From an uncultured Clostridia bacterium (GTDB lineage: Bacteria; Bacillota; Clostridia; TANB77; CAG-508), in the NCBI GenBank assembly GCA_944387395.1, contig CALXEU010000066.1:1-54185 (forward strand): a DNA stretch of 54,185 bases. Direction: 5' to 3'. The stretch's first letter is position 1. Each line of letters begins with the position of its first letter. Below the pieces are notes generated by a model that saw only the letters and a program-made list of their open reading frames with translations, was not told where the DNA came from and did not search any database. The position numbers and the translations under genes are program-made. Shown one piece after another: positions 11,231-20,926 of the stretch.

Positions 11231-11578
11231 TTATGCTCCCATAAATTCATCTATAGAGTTTTTATATTTCTTAGAAATTTTTACTTCTTTTCCACCTTTT
11301 GTTTGGTATGTTTTTTCTTCTGGATTTGTGTCTATAGTAACTATAGCCTTTTTCCAATCAGATGTTTTACCAACATTTCTTCCAACTCTTTTTTCTTTTC
11401 CTTTTACTGTAACAGTATTTACTTTTAATACCTTTACTTCAAAAAGTTTTTCTACTGCATTTGCAATATCAACTTTTGTAGCATTTTTGTTTACTTTGAA
11501 AGTGTACTTTCCTGATTGAACACCCTCATTGCTTTGTTCAGTAATAATAGGTTTTATAATGATATCTTCTGGTCTCAT
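11231..11578 (-). CDS. rplW: 50S ribosomal protein L23 with lengthened C-terminal region
   Basis: [22 protein letters not shown]. Confidence 0.97.
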   Translation of the reverse strand: MRPEDIIIKPIITEQSNEGVQSGKYTFKVNKNATKVDIANAVEKLFEVKVLKVNTVTVKGKEKRVGRNVGKTSDWKKAIVTIDTNPEEKTYQTKGGKEVKISKKYKNSIDEFMGA

Positions 11579-12201
11579 TATGCGTACACCTCCTCTAATT
11601 TCTTAATTGTGTCCTCAGTTATAACTAATTTATTGTATTTTAATAAATCATATACATTGATTGTTCCAACTAATGTTGTCTTAACTCCTTCAATGTTTCT
11701 AGCTGATTTTTGAACATTTTCATTCTTTTCTGGAAGCATTATTAATGTTTTTCCTTCTACTTTTAGATTTGAAAGTACCTTTACCATTTCTTTTGTCTTA
11801 ATTTCTTTTAATGGCATGCTATCTACAACTACTAATTCTTTTTCTAATACTTTTGAGCTTAATAGTGACTTAATAGCTAAGGCTTTTTCTTTCTTATTTA
11901 CTGTATATTTGTAAGAACGTGGTTTTGGTCCTAGTGCTATACCACCTTTAATCCATTGTGGTGCTCTAGTACTTCCTTGTCTTGCACGACCTGTTCCTTT
12001 TTGTCTCCATGGTTTCTTTCCACCACCAGAAACTTCTGATCTTGTTTTTGTACTTTGTGTACCTTGTCTTTGATTTGCTAAGAAATTAACTAAAACGCTA
12101 TGTACTACAGCTTCATTTGGTTCAATTCCAAATAATGCATCGTTTAGTTCTAGCTCTTTTACTTTTTTTCCGTTTATATCGTATACATCTATTTTAGGCA
12201 T
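11578..12201 (-). CDS. rplD: 50S ribosomal protein L4
   Basis: [15 protein letters not shown]. Confidence 0.98.
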   Translation of the reverse strand: MPKIDVYDINGKKVKELELNDALFGIEPNEAVVHSVLVNFLANQRQGTQSTKTRSEVSGGGKKPWRQKGTGRARQGSTRAPQWIKGGIALGPKPRSYKYTVNKKEKALAIKSLLSSKVLEKELVVVDSMPLKEIKTKEMVKVLSNLKVEGKTLIMLPEKNENVQKSARNIEGVKTTLVGTINVYDLLKYNKLVITEDTIKKLEEVYA

Positions 12202-12217
12202 CTTTCTTCCTCCTTCC

Positions 12218-12847
12218 TTATGCTTTTACACTTGATTTTATTTTTAGTATAGCACCTTTTGCTCCTGGTACGCTACCTTTTACTAATATAACGTTTTTGT
12301 CTAAATCTACTGATATAATATCAAGATTTTGTATTGTTATTGTATTTCTTCCCATATGTCCTGGAAGTTTCTTACCTTTAAATACTCTACCTGGTGTAGA
12401 TGTTGATCCCATTGAACCTGGTCTTCTATGATACATTGAACCATGTCCCATAGGTCCTCTTGATTGTCCATGACGTTTTATAACACCTTGGTATCCTTTT
12501 CCCTTTGAAGTTCCTTGAATATCAACTTTGTCTCCTTTTGTGAAAACATCAGCTTTTAATTCATCTCCAACTTTAATTGATTCTACTGAATCTAATCTAA
12601 ATTCTCTAAGATGTTTTTTTAATGGTAATTTAGATTTTGTAAAATGACCAATTTCTGGTTTGTTTAATTTGCTTTCTTTAACATCTTCGAATCCTAATTG
12701 AATTGCATTGTATCCATCTGATTCTGTTGTTTTTACTTGAGCAACAACACATGGTCCTGCTTCAATTACTGTTACTGGAATAACTTTTCCTGTTTCGTCG
12801 AAAACTTGTGTCATTCCAACTTTCTTTCCTATAATTGCTTTTTTCAT
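12218..12847 (-). CDS. rplC: 50S ribosomal protein L3
   Basis: [24 protein letters not shown]. Confidence 0.98.
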   Translation of the reverse strand: MKKAIIGKKVGMTQVFDETGKVIPVTVIEAGPCVVAQVKTTESDGYNAIQLGFEDVKESKLNKPEIGHFTKSKLPLKKHLREFRLDSVESIKVGDELKADVFTKGDKVDIQGTSKGKGYQGVIKRHGQSRGPMGHGSMYHRRPGSMGSTSTPGRVFKGKKLPGHMGRNTITIQNLDIISVDLDKNVILVKGSVPGAKGAILKIKSSVKA

Positions 12848-12961
12848 TTTTTATTTTCCTCCTACTATTGGCTAACATTTTGTTAGCTTGGTGTCAACTG
12901 TTTTAAGTCTAGTTGCAGGACTTCTTATTTTTACCTTTAGTTTGATTTGGTAACTTAAAAA

Positions 12962-13291
12962 TTATTTGATTTCTATATTTACACCAGCTGGTAGCTCTAA
13001 TTTGCTTAGGCTCTCAATTGTTTTTTGTGTAGGATAAAGAATATCTATAACTCTTTTATGTGTTCTCATCTCGAATTGCTCTCTTGAATCTTTGTGTTTG
13101 TGAGGAGAACGTAAAATTGTTACTATTTCCTTTTCTGTTGGTAATGGAATAGGTCCAGAAACTTTTGATCCTGTTCTTTTAGCAGTATCTACTATTTTCT
13201 CAGCAGACTGTTCTAGAAGTTGAGCATCATAAGCCTTTAGTCTTATTCTGATCTTACCGTTTGTTACCTCTGTTGTTTTTGTTTTTGCCAT
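12962..13291 (-). CDS. rpsJ: 30S ribosomal protein S10
   Basis: [28 protein letters not shown]. Confidence 0.98.
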   Translation of the reverse strand: MAKTKTTEVTNGKIRIRLKAYDAQLLEQSAEKIVDTAKRTGSKVSGPIPLPTEKEIVTILRSPHKHKDSREQFEMRTHKRVIDILYPTQKTIESLSKLELPAGVNIEIK

Positions 13292-13299
13292 GTAATTTT

Positions 13300-13516
13300 C
13301 CCTCCTTAATATTTTTTGTTTGGACGGAAGTTATAAACGCACCCTGGTGTTCTATGTTCTACCATTATAAATTCCCAAGTTTTGCATGATTTCTTGGGAT
13401 AAGTGTTTTATATTCTTACCGCCTGGTCTTAGCCATGACATGCTCCATGAGAGTTCCCTCCAACCATATTTTTCAATAGTTGTAGCCACATCTCACTTCA
13501 ACGCTATCTTACATGC
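13300..13516 (-). ncRNA. Long structured 5' leader of the S10 operon (probable ribosomal leader RNA)
   Basis: About 225-nt UTR between a consensus promoter and rpsJ, more GC-rich than other intergenic DNA, with stems such as TCCCAAG/CTTGGGA. Confidence 0.55.
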
Positions 13517-13522
13517 CCATAT

Positions 13523-13551
13523 ATTATATACCTGTTTAGAGCTAATGTCAA
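13523..13551 (-). promoter_or_regulatory. S10 operon promoter
   Basis: Perfect TTGACA-17 nt-TATAAT. Confidence 0.9.
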
Positions 13552-13568
13552 GGGAAATTTTAAAATCT

Positions 13569-14249
13569 TTATCTTTCTTCAGGTTTTACAATATTGTGCT
13601 TTCCTATATATTTCATTGAATATATTTCTGGATACAATTTAAATAATGTATCTTTTGCACTAAGTTTATGAATTTTGTTTCCTATTATTTCATAATATGT
13701 TGGTAATTCTCCTAAAGCATTGTTTCCTCTCTCTTCTAGTTCTTCAACAAAGTCTCTATAATCTCCTCTTTTGTAATTTGCATATGAAAGGTCTCCATTT
13801 AGACATAATCTCTGTATTTCTCTGCTCCAGTATTGTATTTCTACTAAAGGAAATTGTTCAAAACATATTCCTGAACTTTCTGCATGTCTTTTTTGTATAT
13901 GTGCCATTTGGTGTATTCCGTTATATCTTGTATCTTTCTTTTTTCTATGGTCTTTTGTTTGTGTTACTACTAATATTTTTTCTAATTGTTGTCTTATTTT
14001 TGTCAAATCTTCATCAGACGCAACTATTCTTATACCAAAACAATCATCGACTTTCTTTTTTTCTGAATTTTCATATGCCGATTTAAAGCTTTTTATTCTT
14101 CCTGTTACTTGAACATCCCCAGATATACGGCAATCTTGTTGCATTCTTTTAATTATATGTCCAATAATTTTTGCTGTTATTTCGTATCCTCTTTTTTGAT
14201 TGTTTATATGCTGTGCATATACTTCTCTCGTCTTTTTTATTTTATTCAA
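13569..14249 (-). CDS. Stand-alone RelA/SpoT synthetase-domain (small alarmone synthetase-like) protein, divergent
   Basis: Ordered motifs GRIKS..S, DCFGIRIV, KDH, YNGIH, VEIQ; TTG start. Confidence 0.65.
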   Translation of the reverse strand: MNKIKKTREVYAQHINNQKRGYEITAKIIGHIIKRMQQDCRISGDVQVTGRIKSFKSAYENSEKKKVDDCFGIRIVASDEDLTKIRQQLEKILVVTQTKDHRKKKDTRYNGIHQMAHIQKRHAESSGICFEQFPLVEIQYWSREIQRLCLNGDLSYANYKRGDYRDFVEELEERGNNALGELPTYYEIIGNKIHKLSAKDTLFKLYPEIYSMKYIGKHNIVKPEER

Positions 14250-14280
14250 AACTATACCCTCTTTCTTTAGCGCATTATTT

Positions 14281-14309
14281 ATTATATCATATGCCTAGGT
14301 CTTTTTCAA
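14281..14309 (-). promoter_or_regulatory. Promoter of the RelA/SpoT-domain gene
   Basis: TTGAAA-17 nt-TATAAT with TG extension. Confidence 0.7.
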
Positions 14310-14380
14310 CATAATTGGTTCGACAAAAGTTACTTAATTTAGCCATTTTTCGTATTAATTTATTATGTTAATGGTAATTA

Positions 14381-14409
14381 TTGTATTTTTTATTTTTTTG
14401 TGGTATAAT
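14381..14409 (+). promoter_or_regulatory. Promoter of the small GC-rich ORF
   Basis: TTGTAT-17 nt-TATAAT with TG extension. Confidence 0.65.
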
Positions 14410-14452
14410 AAAATTAATCCTTTATGGAAATAATTTAAAAAGAGGTAAAAAA

Positions 14453-14680
14453 ATGTACACTGAGACAAAAGCACTTTTCGTAGTTACCAATGAAGTCTAC
14501 CGTCTGGCTAAATCGGCTGTACACAACTTTGCAGCTTCGGTTACCAAGTTGAATGGCAAAACGTATATCATCGCAAAACAGGGGCCATGGACCTCTGGAA
14601 ACCCGATTGATGCGCTTATCGCTCATCTGGGGGTAACCCCTACGCTGAGCTATGAGATCAGCAACGGTACAATTTCTTAA
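14453..14680 (+). CDS. 75-aa hypothetical protein with atypically high GC content
   Basis: SD AGAGGT, ATG at 14453, own promoter and terminator; about 46% GC by hand count. Confidence 0.7.
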   Translation: MYTETKALFVVTNEVYRLAKSAVHNFAASVTKLNGKTYIIAKQGPWTSGNPIDALIAHLGVTPTLSYEISNGTIS

Positions 14681-14686
14681 GCCTCT

Positions 14687-14725
14687 ACCCCCTCAGGGAC
14701 ACACAGACTCTGAGGGGGTTATTTT
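14687..14725 (+). terminator. GC-rich terminator of the small ORF
   Basis: ACCCCCTCAGGG / CTCTGAGGGGGT then TATTTT. Confidence 0.8.
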
Positions 14726-14794
14726 ATAGATTTTCAGATATAATTTTAATATTAAAGTACTTAATATATAACTATAAAATTTTATATTTTTATA

Positions 14795-14827
14795 AAAAAA
14801 CACCTTACCAAAGGTAAAGTGTTTTTT
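14795..14827 (-). terminator. spoVG terminator
   Basis: AAAAAACACCTTACC / GGTAAAGTGTTTTTT. Confidence 0.75.
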
Positions 14828-14838
14828 ATTTATATTTA

Positions 14839-15138
14839 TTATTCAGCGTCTTCGCTGTTTGATTCAGCAACTGGAGCTGGATCTTCTGCATTTTCATAAG
14901 CTTCGAATACTGCTTTTTCTATTTTGTCTCTTGTTTGTTGATTGATAGGATGAGCTATATCTTTGAATTTTCCATTTCTTTCTTTTCTTGGCATTATCAT
15001 TGATAGGCTTCCATCATCTCTTTCTGATACTCTAATTCCATGAACAACAAACTCATTATCGAATGTTACTGAAACGATAGCTCTTGTTCTATTTCCTGGA
15101 TTTACTCTTTTTCTTACTTGTACATCTGTTACTTCCAT
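14839..15138 (-). CDS. spoVG: SpoVG family protein (start MEVTDV at 15138)
   Basis: SVTFDNEFVVHGIRV and FKDIAHPINQQTR; SD GAGGTG. Confidence 0.9.
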   Translation of the reverse strand: MEVTDVQVRKRVNPGNRTRAIVSVTFDNEFVVHGIRVSERDDGSLSMIMPRKERNGKFKDIAHPINQQTRDKIEKAVFEAYENAEDPAPVAESNSEDAE

Positions 15139-15364
15139 TTGTGCACCTCTTTCTAAAAGTTTATTTTTTGTACATTGTTTGTACATTTATATTATTCTCC
15201 ATTAAATTCATTTTTCCTTCTTATTTTTTACTTTTTTATATGTTTTTTATATTTGAAATAATTTTTTTAAAGTTATATCTTTATTATTTATAAATATAAT
15301 TATATTATTGATGTATATAAAAACTATTATATTTTATCAATTTTTAAATATATTCATTTTATTA

Positions 15365-15393
15365 TTGAAAAATAAACATTTTGAGTATATAAT
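15365..15393 (+). promoter_or_regulatory. murC promoter
   Basis: TTGAAA-17 nt-TATAAT. Confidence 0.7.
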
Positions 15394-15447
15394 ATATGCG
15401 ATTATTAGAAAATTAATTTTAATCTAAATAAAAGGAGTGCAATTAAA

Positions 15448-16842
15448 TTGATTTACTTAGATGACTTAAAGAAATATAAACATATACATATGATAGGCAT
15501 AGGCGGTACTAGTATGAGCGGAATAGCTACCATTTTAAAAAAATGGGGATTTTATATTACTGGTTCCGATGCTTCTGATTCTGAACTTATCCAAAAATTA
15601 AGAGAAGAATGTCATATACATATTGCAATCGGCCATGATATTGATTCCATAAGACGCTCTGACTTAGTTATATACAGTGCAGCAATTTCTTCTGATGACA
15701 TAGAACTTCAGGAAGCTCGCAAACTTAATATTACTACTATGGATAGAGCAACTTTTTTAGGATTAATTACTAAAGCCTATGGTAATACAATATGTGTATC
15801 TGGTACACATGGAAAAACAACTACTACATCAATGATTTCTGTTTGTTTCTTAGAAGCCAAAAAAGATCCTACTATACAAGTTGGTGCTATTTTAAAGCAG
15901 ATTAATGGAAATTCAATAGTTGGAAATAGTGATGTATTTATTTTAGAATCTTGTGAGTATGTAGAAAGCTTTTTAAAATTTTCTCCTAAAACTGCAATTG
16001 TTTTAAATATAGACAATGACCATTTAGATTATTTTAAAAATCTAGAGAATATAAAACAATCATTTGTTAAGTTTGTAAAATTACTTCCACCAGATGGATT
16101 ATTGATTTTAAACGTAGATGACAAAAATGCTTGTGATTTATATAAAGATAGCAAAGCTAGAACTGTTACATTTGGTATAAATAATGATAAATGTAATTTT
16201 ACTGCCAGAAACATAACATTTGATAATAATGGTTTTCCTTTATTTGATGTATACAGAAATAATACATTTTATAAAAGTATAAAACTTTCTGTGCCAGGGA
16301 AGCACAATGTATACAATGCACTAGCATGTATTGCAACATGCTATGAATATGGTATTGATAAAGAAACAATAAAAAATGCGTTAATAAAATATACTGGTGC
16401 TCATAGAAGATTTGAATATATAGGCAATTCTAATGGTGCAAATATATTTGACGATTATGCTCATCATCCAACAGAAATAAAAGCAGTATATGATGCTATG
16501 AAGAATAAAAAATACAATAGGTCATGGGTTATTTTCCAGCCACATACTTACAGCAGAACTAAAGCCTTATTAACAGATTTTGCAAGTGTATTATCTCAAT
16601 TTGATAATATTGTGATTACTGATATTTATGCAGCAAGGGAAAAAAATACATATAATGTTTCATCACAGGATTTAGTAAATCTGATTAATGTAAATCGTGT
16701 TGGAAAGCAAGCTATTTACATTTCTGATTTTAATGAAATAGCAAAATATATCAGAGATAGAGTTATGCCTAACGATATAGTATTAACCATTGGAGCTGGT
16801 ACTGTTACAAATATTGGACCAATGATTGTTGAAAATAAATAA
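15448..16842 (+). CDS. murC: UDP-N-acetylmuramate--L-alanine ligase
   Basis: GIGGTSMSG, GTHGKTTT, DDYAHHPTEI, FQPHTYSRT. Confidence 0.96.
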   Translation: MIYLDDLKKYKHIHMIGIGGTSMSGIATILKKWGFYITGSDASDSELIQKLREECHIHIAIGHDIDSIRRSDLVIYSAAISSDDIELQEARKLNITTMDRATFLGLITKAYGNTICVSGTHGKTTTTSMISVCFLEAKKDPTIQVGAILKQINGNSIVGNSDVFILESCEYVESFLKFSPKTAIVLNIDNDHLDYFKNLENIKQSFVKFVKLLPPDGLLILNVDDKNACDLYKDSKARTVTFGINNDKCNFTARNITFDNNGFPLFDVYRNNTFYKSIKLSVPGKHNVYNALACIATCYEYGIDKETIKNALIKYTGAHRRFEYIGNSNGANIFDDYAHHPTEIKAVYDAMKNKKYNRSWVIFQPHTYSRTKALLTDFASVLSQFDNIVITDIYAAREKNTYNVSSQDLVNLINVNRVGKQAIYISDFNEIAKYIRDRVMPNDIVLTIGAGTVTNIGPMIVENK

Positions 16843-16844
16843 TT

Positions 16845-16897
16845 AAAAAAGTATAAAGTGGATTAATAATTATTTATAAATCCACTTTATATTTTTT
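16845..16897. terminator. Bidirectional terminator between murC and the thioesterase gene
   Basis: TATAAAGTGGATT / AATCCACTTTATA flanked by A and T tracts. Confidence 0.8.
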
Positions 16898-17624
16898 AAT
16901 TATATAATTGTATAATTGCATGTAATATTTTCTCGTCTTCTGATTTTATTGCTATTGTATTTTTTTCATTCTCTAGATAATATTTACATTTTATTTTGTT
17001 TCCATATTTTATTTGCTTTTTATACATTATTTCTATATTATTAAATTCTTCTTGATTATATACTTCTTCTGGTAGTGTTTCATAAGCAAAATCTAGATAG
17101 CATAAATTGTGCACATGATTATTTACATCTATTTGACTTCTAAATACTTCAAGTTTAATTTCATGAGTTGTTATTGTTGGCTCTTTTAACTTTTCAACTT
17201 CTTCTTCTTCAAAAACACTTTTTTGTTCAAAATCATACATGTTTATGTTTTCTTTGGATAGACCTGCAAGTTTTCCTGTGTGAATATTAATTAATGTCCA
17301 CTTACTCGTTGCAATTGCACATAATCTACCTTTTTCATCATATATTTCAAAATCTCTATATGTATATATTTTATTGGCACTTCTTGGCCAAGTTTTAATT
17401 GTAATTTTAGTATTATATATTGGTCTATTTAAGACTTTTATTTTCCATGCTAGTAATACCCAACTTAATCCTGTTTTTTCAATGCTACTTAGTCCAAAGC
17501 CTACTTTTTCCGATTGCATTCCAGCAACATTTTCTAATACTTTTATTATTGCTCTATTACTCATTTCGGATTTTTTATTTATATCAGTGAACCCTAATAT
17601 ATATTCCATTTCATATATTGCCAT
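16896..17624 (-). CDS. Acyl-ACP thioesterase family protein
   Basis: WVL, KTWP, RDFEI and DVNNHVHN motifs of the double hotdog fold. Confidence 0.88.
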   Translation of the reverse strand: MAIYEMEYILGFTDINKKSEMSNRAIIKVLENVAGMQSEKVGFGLSSIEKTGLSWVLLAWKIKVLNRPIYNTKITIKTWPRSANKIYTYRDFEIYDEKGRLCAIATSKWTLINIHTGKLAGLSKENINMYDFEQKSVFEEEEVEKLKEPTITTHEIKLEVFRSQIDVNNHVHNLCYLDFAYETLPEEVYNQEEFNNIEIMYKKQIKYGNKIKCKYYLENEKNTIAIKSEDEKILHAIIQLYN

Positions 17625-17639
17625 GTTCTACCTCCTGTA

Positions 17640-18524
17640 TTAAAAATTTGGTACATATTCTTCCTCATGTTCCCCTAGTTCTTGTATATAACCTTCTTCT
17701 ATGCCTAAAGTAATTAGATAATCTTCTATTTCTTTAAATTCTTTTTTTGTTAATTTTCTATTTAAATATTTATCTTCTTTTGCTTTGTACGTTGGAAAAT
17801 ATTGTGCCATTATACTAAGTGTTGCTTTTTCATAAACATTTTCTTTTAACCATTTTAATATGTGTTTTGAATTTTGAATATGATTTGGTAATACTAAATG
17901 CCTTATTATTACTCCTTTTTTCATTATTCCTCTTTCGTCATACTTTGGACTACCTACTTGCTTTATCATTTCTAGAATTGCTTTTGTTGCTATATTAAAA
18001 TAATTTTTTGCTCCAGAATATTTTATAGAAAGTTCATCTGAATAATATTTTAAGTCTGGTAAATATATATCTACATATCCATTTAATGCTTGTATTGTTT
18101 CTATATTTTCATAACCATTACTATTGTATACTATTGGTAGTTTTAGTCCTTTTTCTCTTGCTATTTTTATTGCTTCTATAATTTGAAAAACGTATGAAGT
18201 TGGTGTTACTAAGTTTATATTATTGGCACCCGATTCTTGTTGTTTTAAAAATATATTTGCAAGATCTTCTATCGATATTTCCTTGCCTTTTCCTTCTTGA
18301 CTAATTTTATAATTCTGGCAATAGATACAATTTAAATTGCAGTTGCTGAAAAATACTGTTCCTGAACCTTCTGTTCCACTTATACATGGTTCTTCATAAT
18401 AATGAAGAGAATATAGTGCAATTTTTATTTTATCATTACATTTACATTTTCCTATCTCCCCTTGAAGTCTATTTACATTACATCTAAAGGGACATATATT
18501 ACATGATTTTAATTGCTCTAACAT
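17640..18524 (-). CDS. Radical SAM protein, PflX-like
   Basis: CNLNCIYC (CxxxCxxC), EEPCISG..GSGTVFF, IIRHLVLP; start at 18524 or 18536. Confidence 0.88.
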   Translation of the reverse strand: MLEQLKSCNICPFRCNVNRLQGEIGKCKCNDKIKIALYSLHYYEEPCISGTEGSGTVFFSNCNLNCIYCQNYKISQEGKGKEISIEDLANIFLKQQESGANNINLVTPTSYVFQIIEAIKIAREKGLKLPIVYNSNGYENIETIQALNGYVDIYLPDLKYYSDELSIKYSGAKNYFNIATKAILEMIKQVGSPKYDERGIMKKGVIIRHLVLPNHIQNSKHILKWLKENVYEKATLSIMAQYFPTYKAKEDKYLNRKLTKKEFKEIEDYLITLGIEEGYIQELGEHEEEYVPNF

Positions 18525-18550
18525 TCTCCTCACCATTCTCTCATAAATTG

Positions 18551-18778
18551 TTACATATTTTTGTTTCTATTTTTTACATACTTATTTAAGTCTCTTGAAA
18601 AAACTTTATTTTGCATTTCTTGTATCTCACAAAATTCTTGTAGCTTTTGTATCTTTTTCATTATTAATTTATTCTTTTGATTAATCTCTTTTTTTATATT
18701 TTCTTGTTCTATTATTATTCCTTTAATTTCTTCATTTAATAATTCAATTTTTGTTGCAAGTATCTGTTCATTTTCCAT
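18551..18778 (-). CDS. Small coiled-coil hypothetical protein
   Basis: 75-aa ORF co-oriented between aspS and the radical SAM gene. Confidence 0.6.
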   Translation of the reverse strand: MENEQILATKIELLNEEIKGIIIEQENIKKEINQKNKLIMKKIQKLQEFCEIQEMQNKVFSRDLNKYVKNRNKNM

Positions 18779-18832
18779 AAAACTACCTGCTTTCTGTCAA
18801 ATTATTTTCCATCATATGTTTTTGTATTTGTC

Positions 18833-20611
18833 TTATTCTTCTGTTTTTTCTATGTCTATTTTAATATGTACATCTTTAAGTTGTTTATCTTCTACTTTAC
18901 TTGGTGCATTCATCATGCTATCTCTTGCTTTTTTGTTTTTTGGAAATGCAATAACTTCTCTTATATTTTGTGAATCTGATATTAGCATTACCATTCTATC
19001 TAATCCAGGAGCTGCTCCTGCATGTGGTGGTGTACCAAATTTAAATGCTTTATATAATGCTCCAAATTTTTCCTCCACTGTTTCTTCTTTATAACCTGCA
19101 ATTTCGAATGCTTTTACCATTAATTTAGGATCATGGTTTCTAACTGCTCCAGATGCCATCTCATAGCCGTTACATACTAAATCATATTGGTATGCAAGTA
19201 TATCTAATGGATTTTTATTATTTAGTGCTTCCATTCCACCTTGTGGCATAGAAAATGGATTATGGTTAAAATCTATTTTTTGTTCATCTTCATTGTATTC
19301 GTACATTGGAAAATCTACTATAAAACAGAATTTATATACATTCTTTTCAAGTAAGTCTAATCTGTTTCCTAATTCTATTCTTATTTGTCCTGCTATTTTT
19401 TGTGCTGTTTCTAGCTTGTCAGCAATGAAGAATATACTATCATTATTTTTTAAGCCATAGTTTTCTTTTAAATTATTTAATATTTCTTCTGTGATGAATT
19501 TTGAAATTCCTCCTTGTGCTATCCCTTGCTCATCTATTTTTGTCCATGCAAGCCCCTTTGCTCCTTGTTCTTGTACTGCAAATTCTGTCATACTATCAAA
19601 GAATTTTCTTCCTTGCATTGCTCCATTTGGTACAATTATAGCTTTTATTGTTTTATCTTTAAATGCATTAAATTCAGAATTTACAAATAGGCTTGTAACA
19701 TCTTGTATTATTAATGGGTTTCTTAAATCTGGTTTATCTATTCCATACTTTTCCATTGCTTCTTTATATGGTATTCTAATAAATGGTCCTTCATCTACTT
19801 TCCAGTTTGTGTGTGCTTTAAATACTGTTGGTATTAATTCTTCTATTACTTTTAATACATCTTCTTGAGTTGCAAATGCCATTTCAAAATCTACTTGATA
19901 GAATTCTCCTGGTGCTCTGTCTGCTCTTGGATCTTCATCTCTAAAACATGGTGCTATTTGATAATATTTATCAAATCCTGAAATCATAAGTAATTGTTTA
20001 AATTGTTGTGGAGCTTGTGGAAGTGCATAAAATTCCCCTGGATGTAGTCTGCTTGGTACTAGAAAGTCTCTTGCTCCTTCTGGTGATGAGTTTGCAAGTA
20101 TTGGTGTTTGTATTTCTGCAAATCCCATTTCATCCATTTTATTTCTTATTGTTTTCATTATTTTAGAGCGCAATAAAATGTTATTATGAAGTTTTTCGTT
20201 TCTTAAATCTAAATATCTATATTCTAGTCTTAGCTCTTCTTTTACTTGGTTAATATCTATTTTTTCTGAATTTATTTCAAAAGGTAGTGTTTTTTCACAT
20301 TCTCCTAATACTTGTATACTATTTGCTTCTATTTCTATTTCTCCTGTAGGAATTTTGGCATTTTTGCTTGAACGTTCTACAACTTTTCCTTCCACAGATA
20401 TAACACATTCTGTGCATAATTCTTCTACTTGTTTTTTTAATTTTTCATCCGATATGACAATTTGAGTAATTCCATATTGGTCTCTTAAATCTATGAATGT
20501 CATTCCCCCTAGATTTCTAATTCTTTGTATCCAACCTGCAAGTTTTACTTCTTTTCCATTATCTATAATTCTTAATTCTCCACAGTTATTTGTTCTATAT
20601 TCATTAGCCAT
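18833..20611 (-). CDS. aspS: Aspartate--tRNA ligase
   Basis: FIDLRD, PEGARDFLVPSR, QIAPCFRDED, PPHAGAAPGLDR. Confidence 0.97.
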   Translation of the reverse strand: MANEYRTNNCGELRIIDNGKEVKLAGWIQRIRNLGGMTFIDLRDQYGITQIVISDEKLKKQVEELCTECVISVEGKVVERSSKNAKIPTGEIEIEANSIQVLGECEKTLPFEINSEKIDINQVKEELRLEYRYLDLRNEKLHNNILLRSKIMKTIRNKMDEMGFAEIQTPILANSSPEGARDFLVPSRLHPGEFYALPQAPQQFKQLLMISGFDKYYQIAPCFRDEDPRADRAPGEFYQVDFEMAFATQEDVLKVIEELIPTVFKAHTNWKVDEGPFIRIPYKEAMEKYGIDKPDLRNPLIIQDVTSLFVNSEFNAFKDKTIKAIIVPNGAMQGRKFFDSMTEFAVQEQGAKGLAWTKIDEQGIAQGGISKFITEEILNNLKENYGLKNNDSIFFIADKLETAQKIAGQIRIELGNRLDLLEKNVYKFCFIVDFPMYEYNEDEQKIDFNHNPFSMPQGGMEALNNKNPLDILAYQYDLVCNGYEMASGAVRNHDPKLMVKAFEIAGYKEETVEEKFGALYKAFKFGTPPHAGAAPGLDRMVMLISDSQNIREVIAFPKNKKARDSMMNAPSKVEDKQLKDVHIKIDIEKTEE

Positions 20612-20676
20612 ATTTAGTATTAGTTAGCCTAAAGGAACTAACTTCTCCCTTCTTGTTTATTTAATTTTTCCTAACT

Positions 20677-20705
20677 ATTTTAGTACAATTTTATATATTT
20701 TTCAA
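20677..20705 (-). promoter_or_regulatory. aspS promoter
   Basis: TTGAAA-17 nt-TAAAAT. Confidence 0.6.
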
Positions 20706-20823
20706 TATCTTTGGCTTATTTAATTCCCTATTTTATTTAAATCCTTGCAATATAATATCAAACATTTGTTCTTTTGTCAATACAATTTATTGAATAAAAA
20801 TATAATTAGATATACTTATGGAC

Positions 20824-20852
20824 TTGATTTTTTTAAATTATGGGCATATAAT
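20824..20852 (+). promoter_or_regulatory. asnS promoter
   Basis: TTGATT-17 nt-TATAAT. Confidence 0.65.
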
Positions 20853-20926
20853 AATGCATACATATTACATTTATGAGAAAGGAGTTTATGGTTATTTAAC
20901 TTTTTAAATATATCATATAAAATTTT

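Noticed and set aside
16518..16640. AGG as a second shift-prone codon
   Set aside because: murC contains in-frame AGG codons (AAT AGG TCA; GCA AGG GAA) and its frame is intact
20888..20899. Mini-ORF MVI upstream of asnS as a leader peptide
   Set aside because: Its ATG is only 3 nt from the SD, lies inside the predicted hairpin, and it contains no Asn codons
20612..20926. T-box riboswitches for aspS and asnS
   Set aside because: No T-box consensus seen, and the predicted promoters leave UTRs too short
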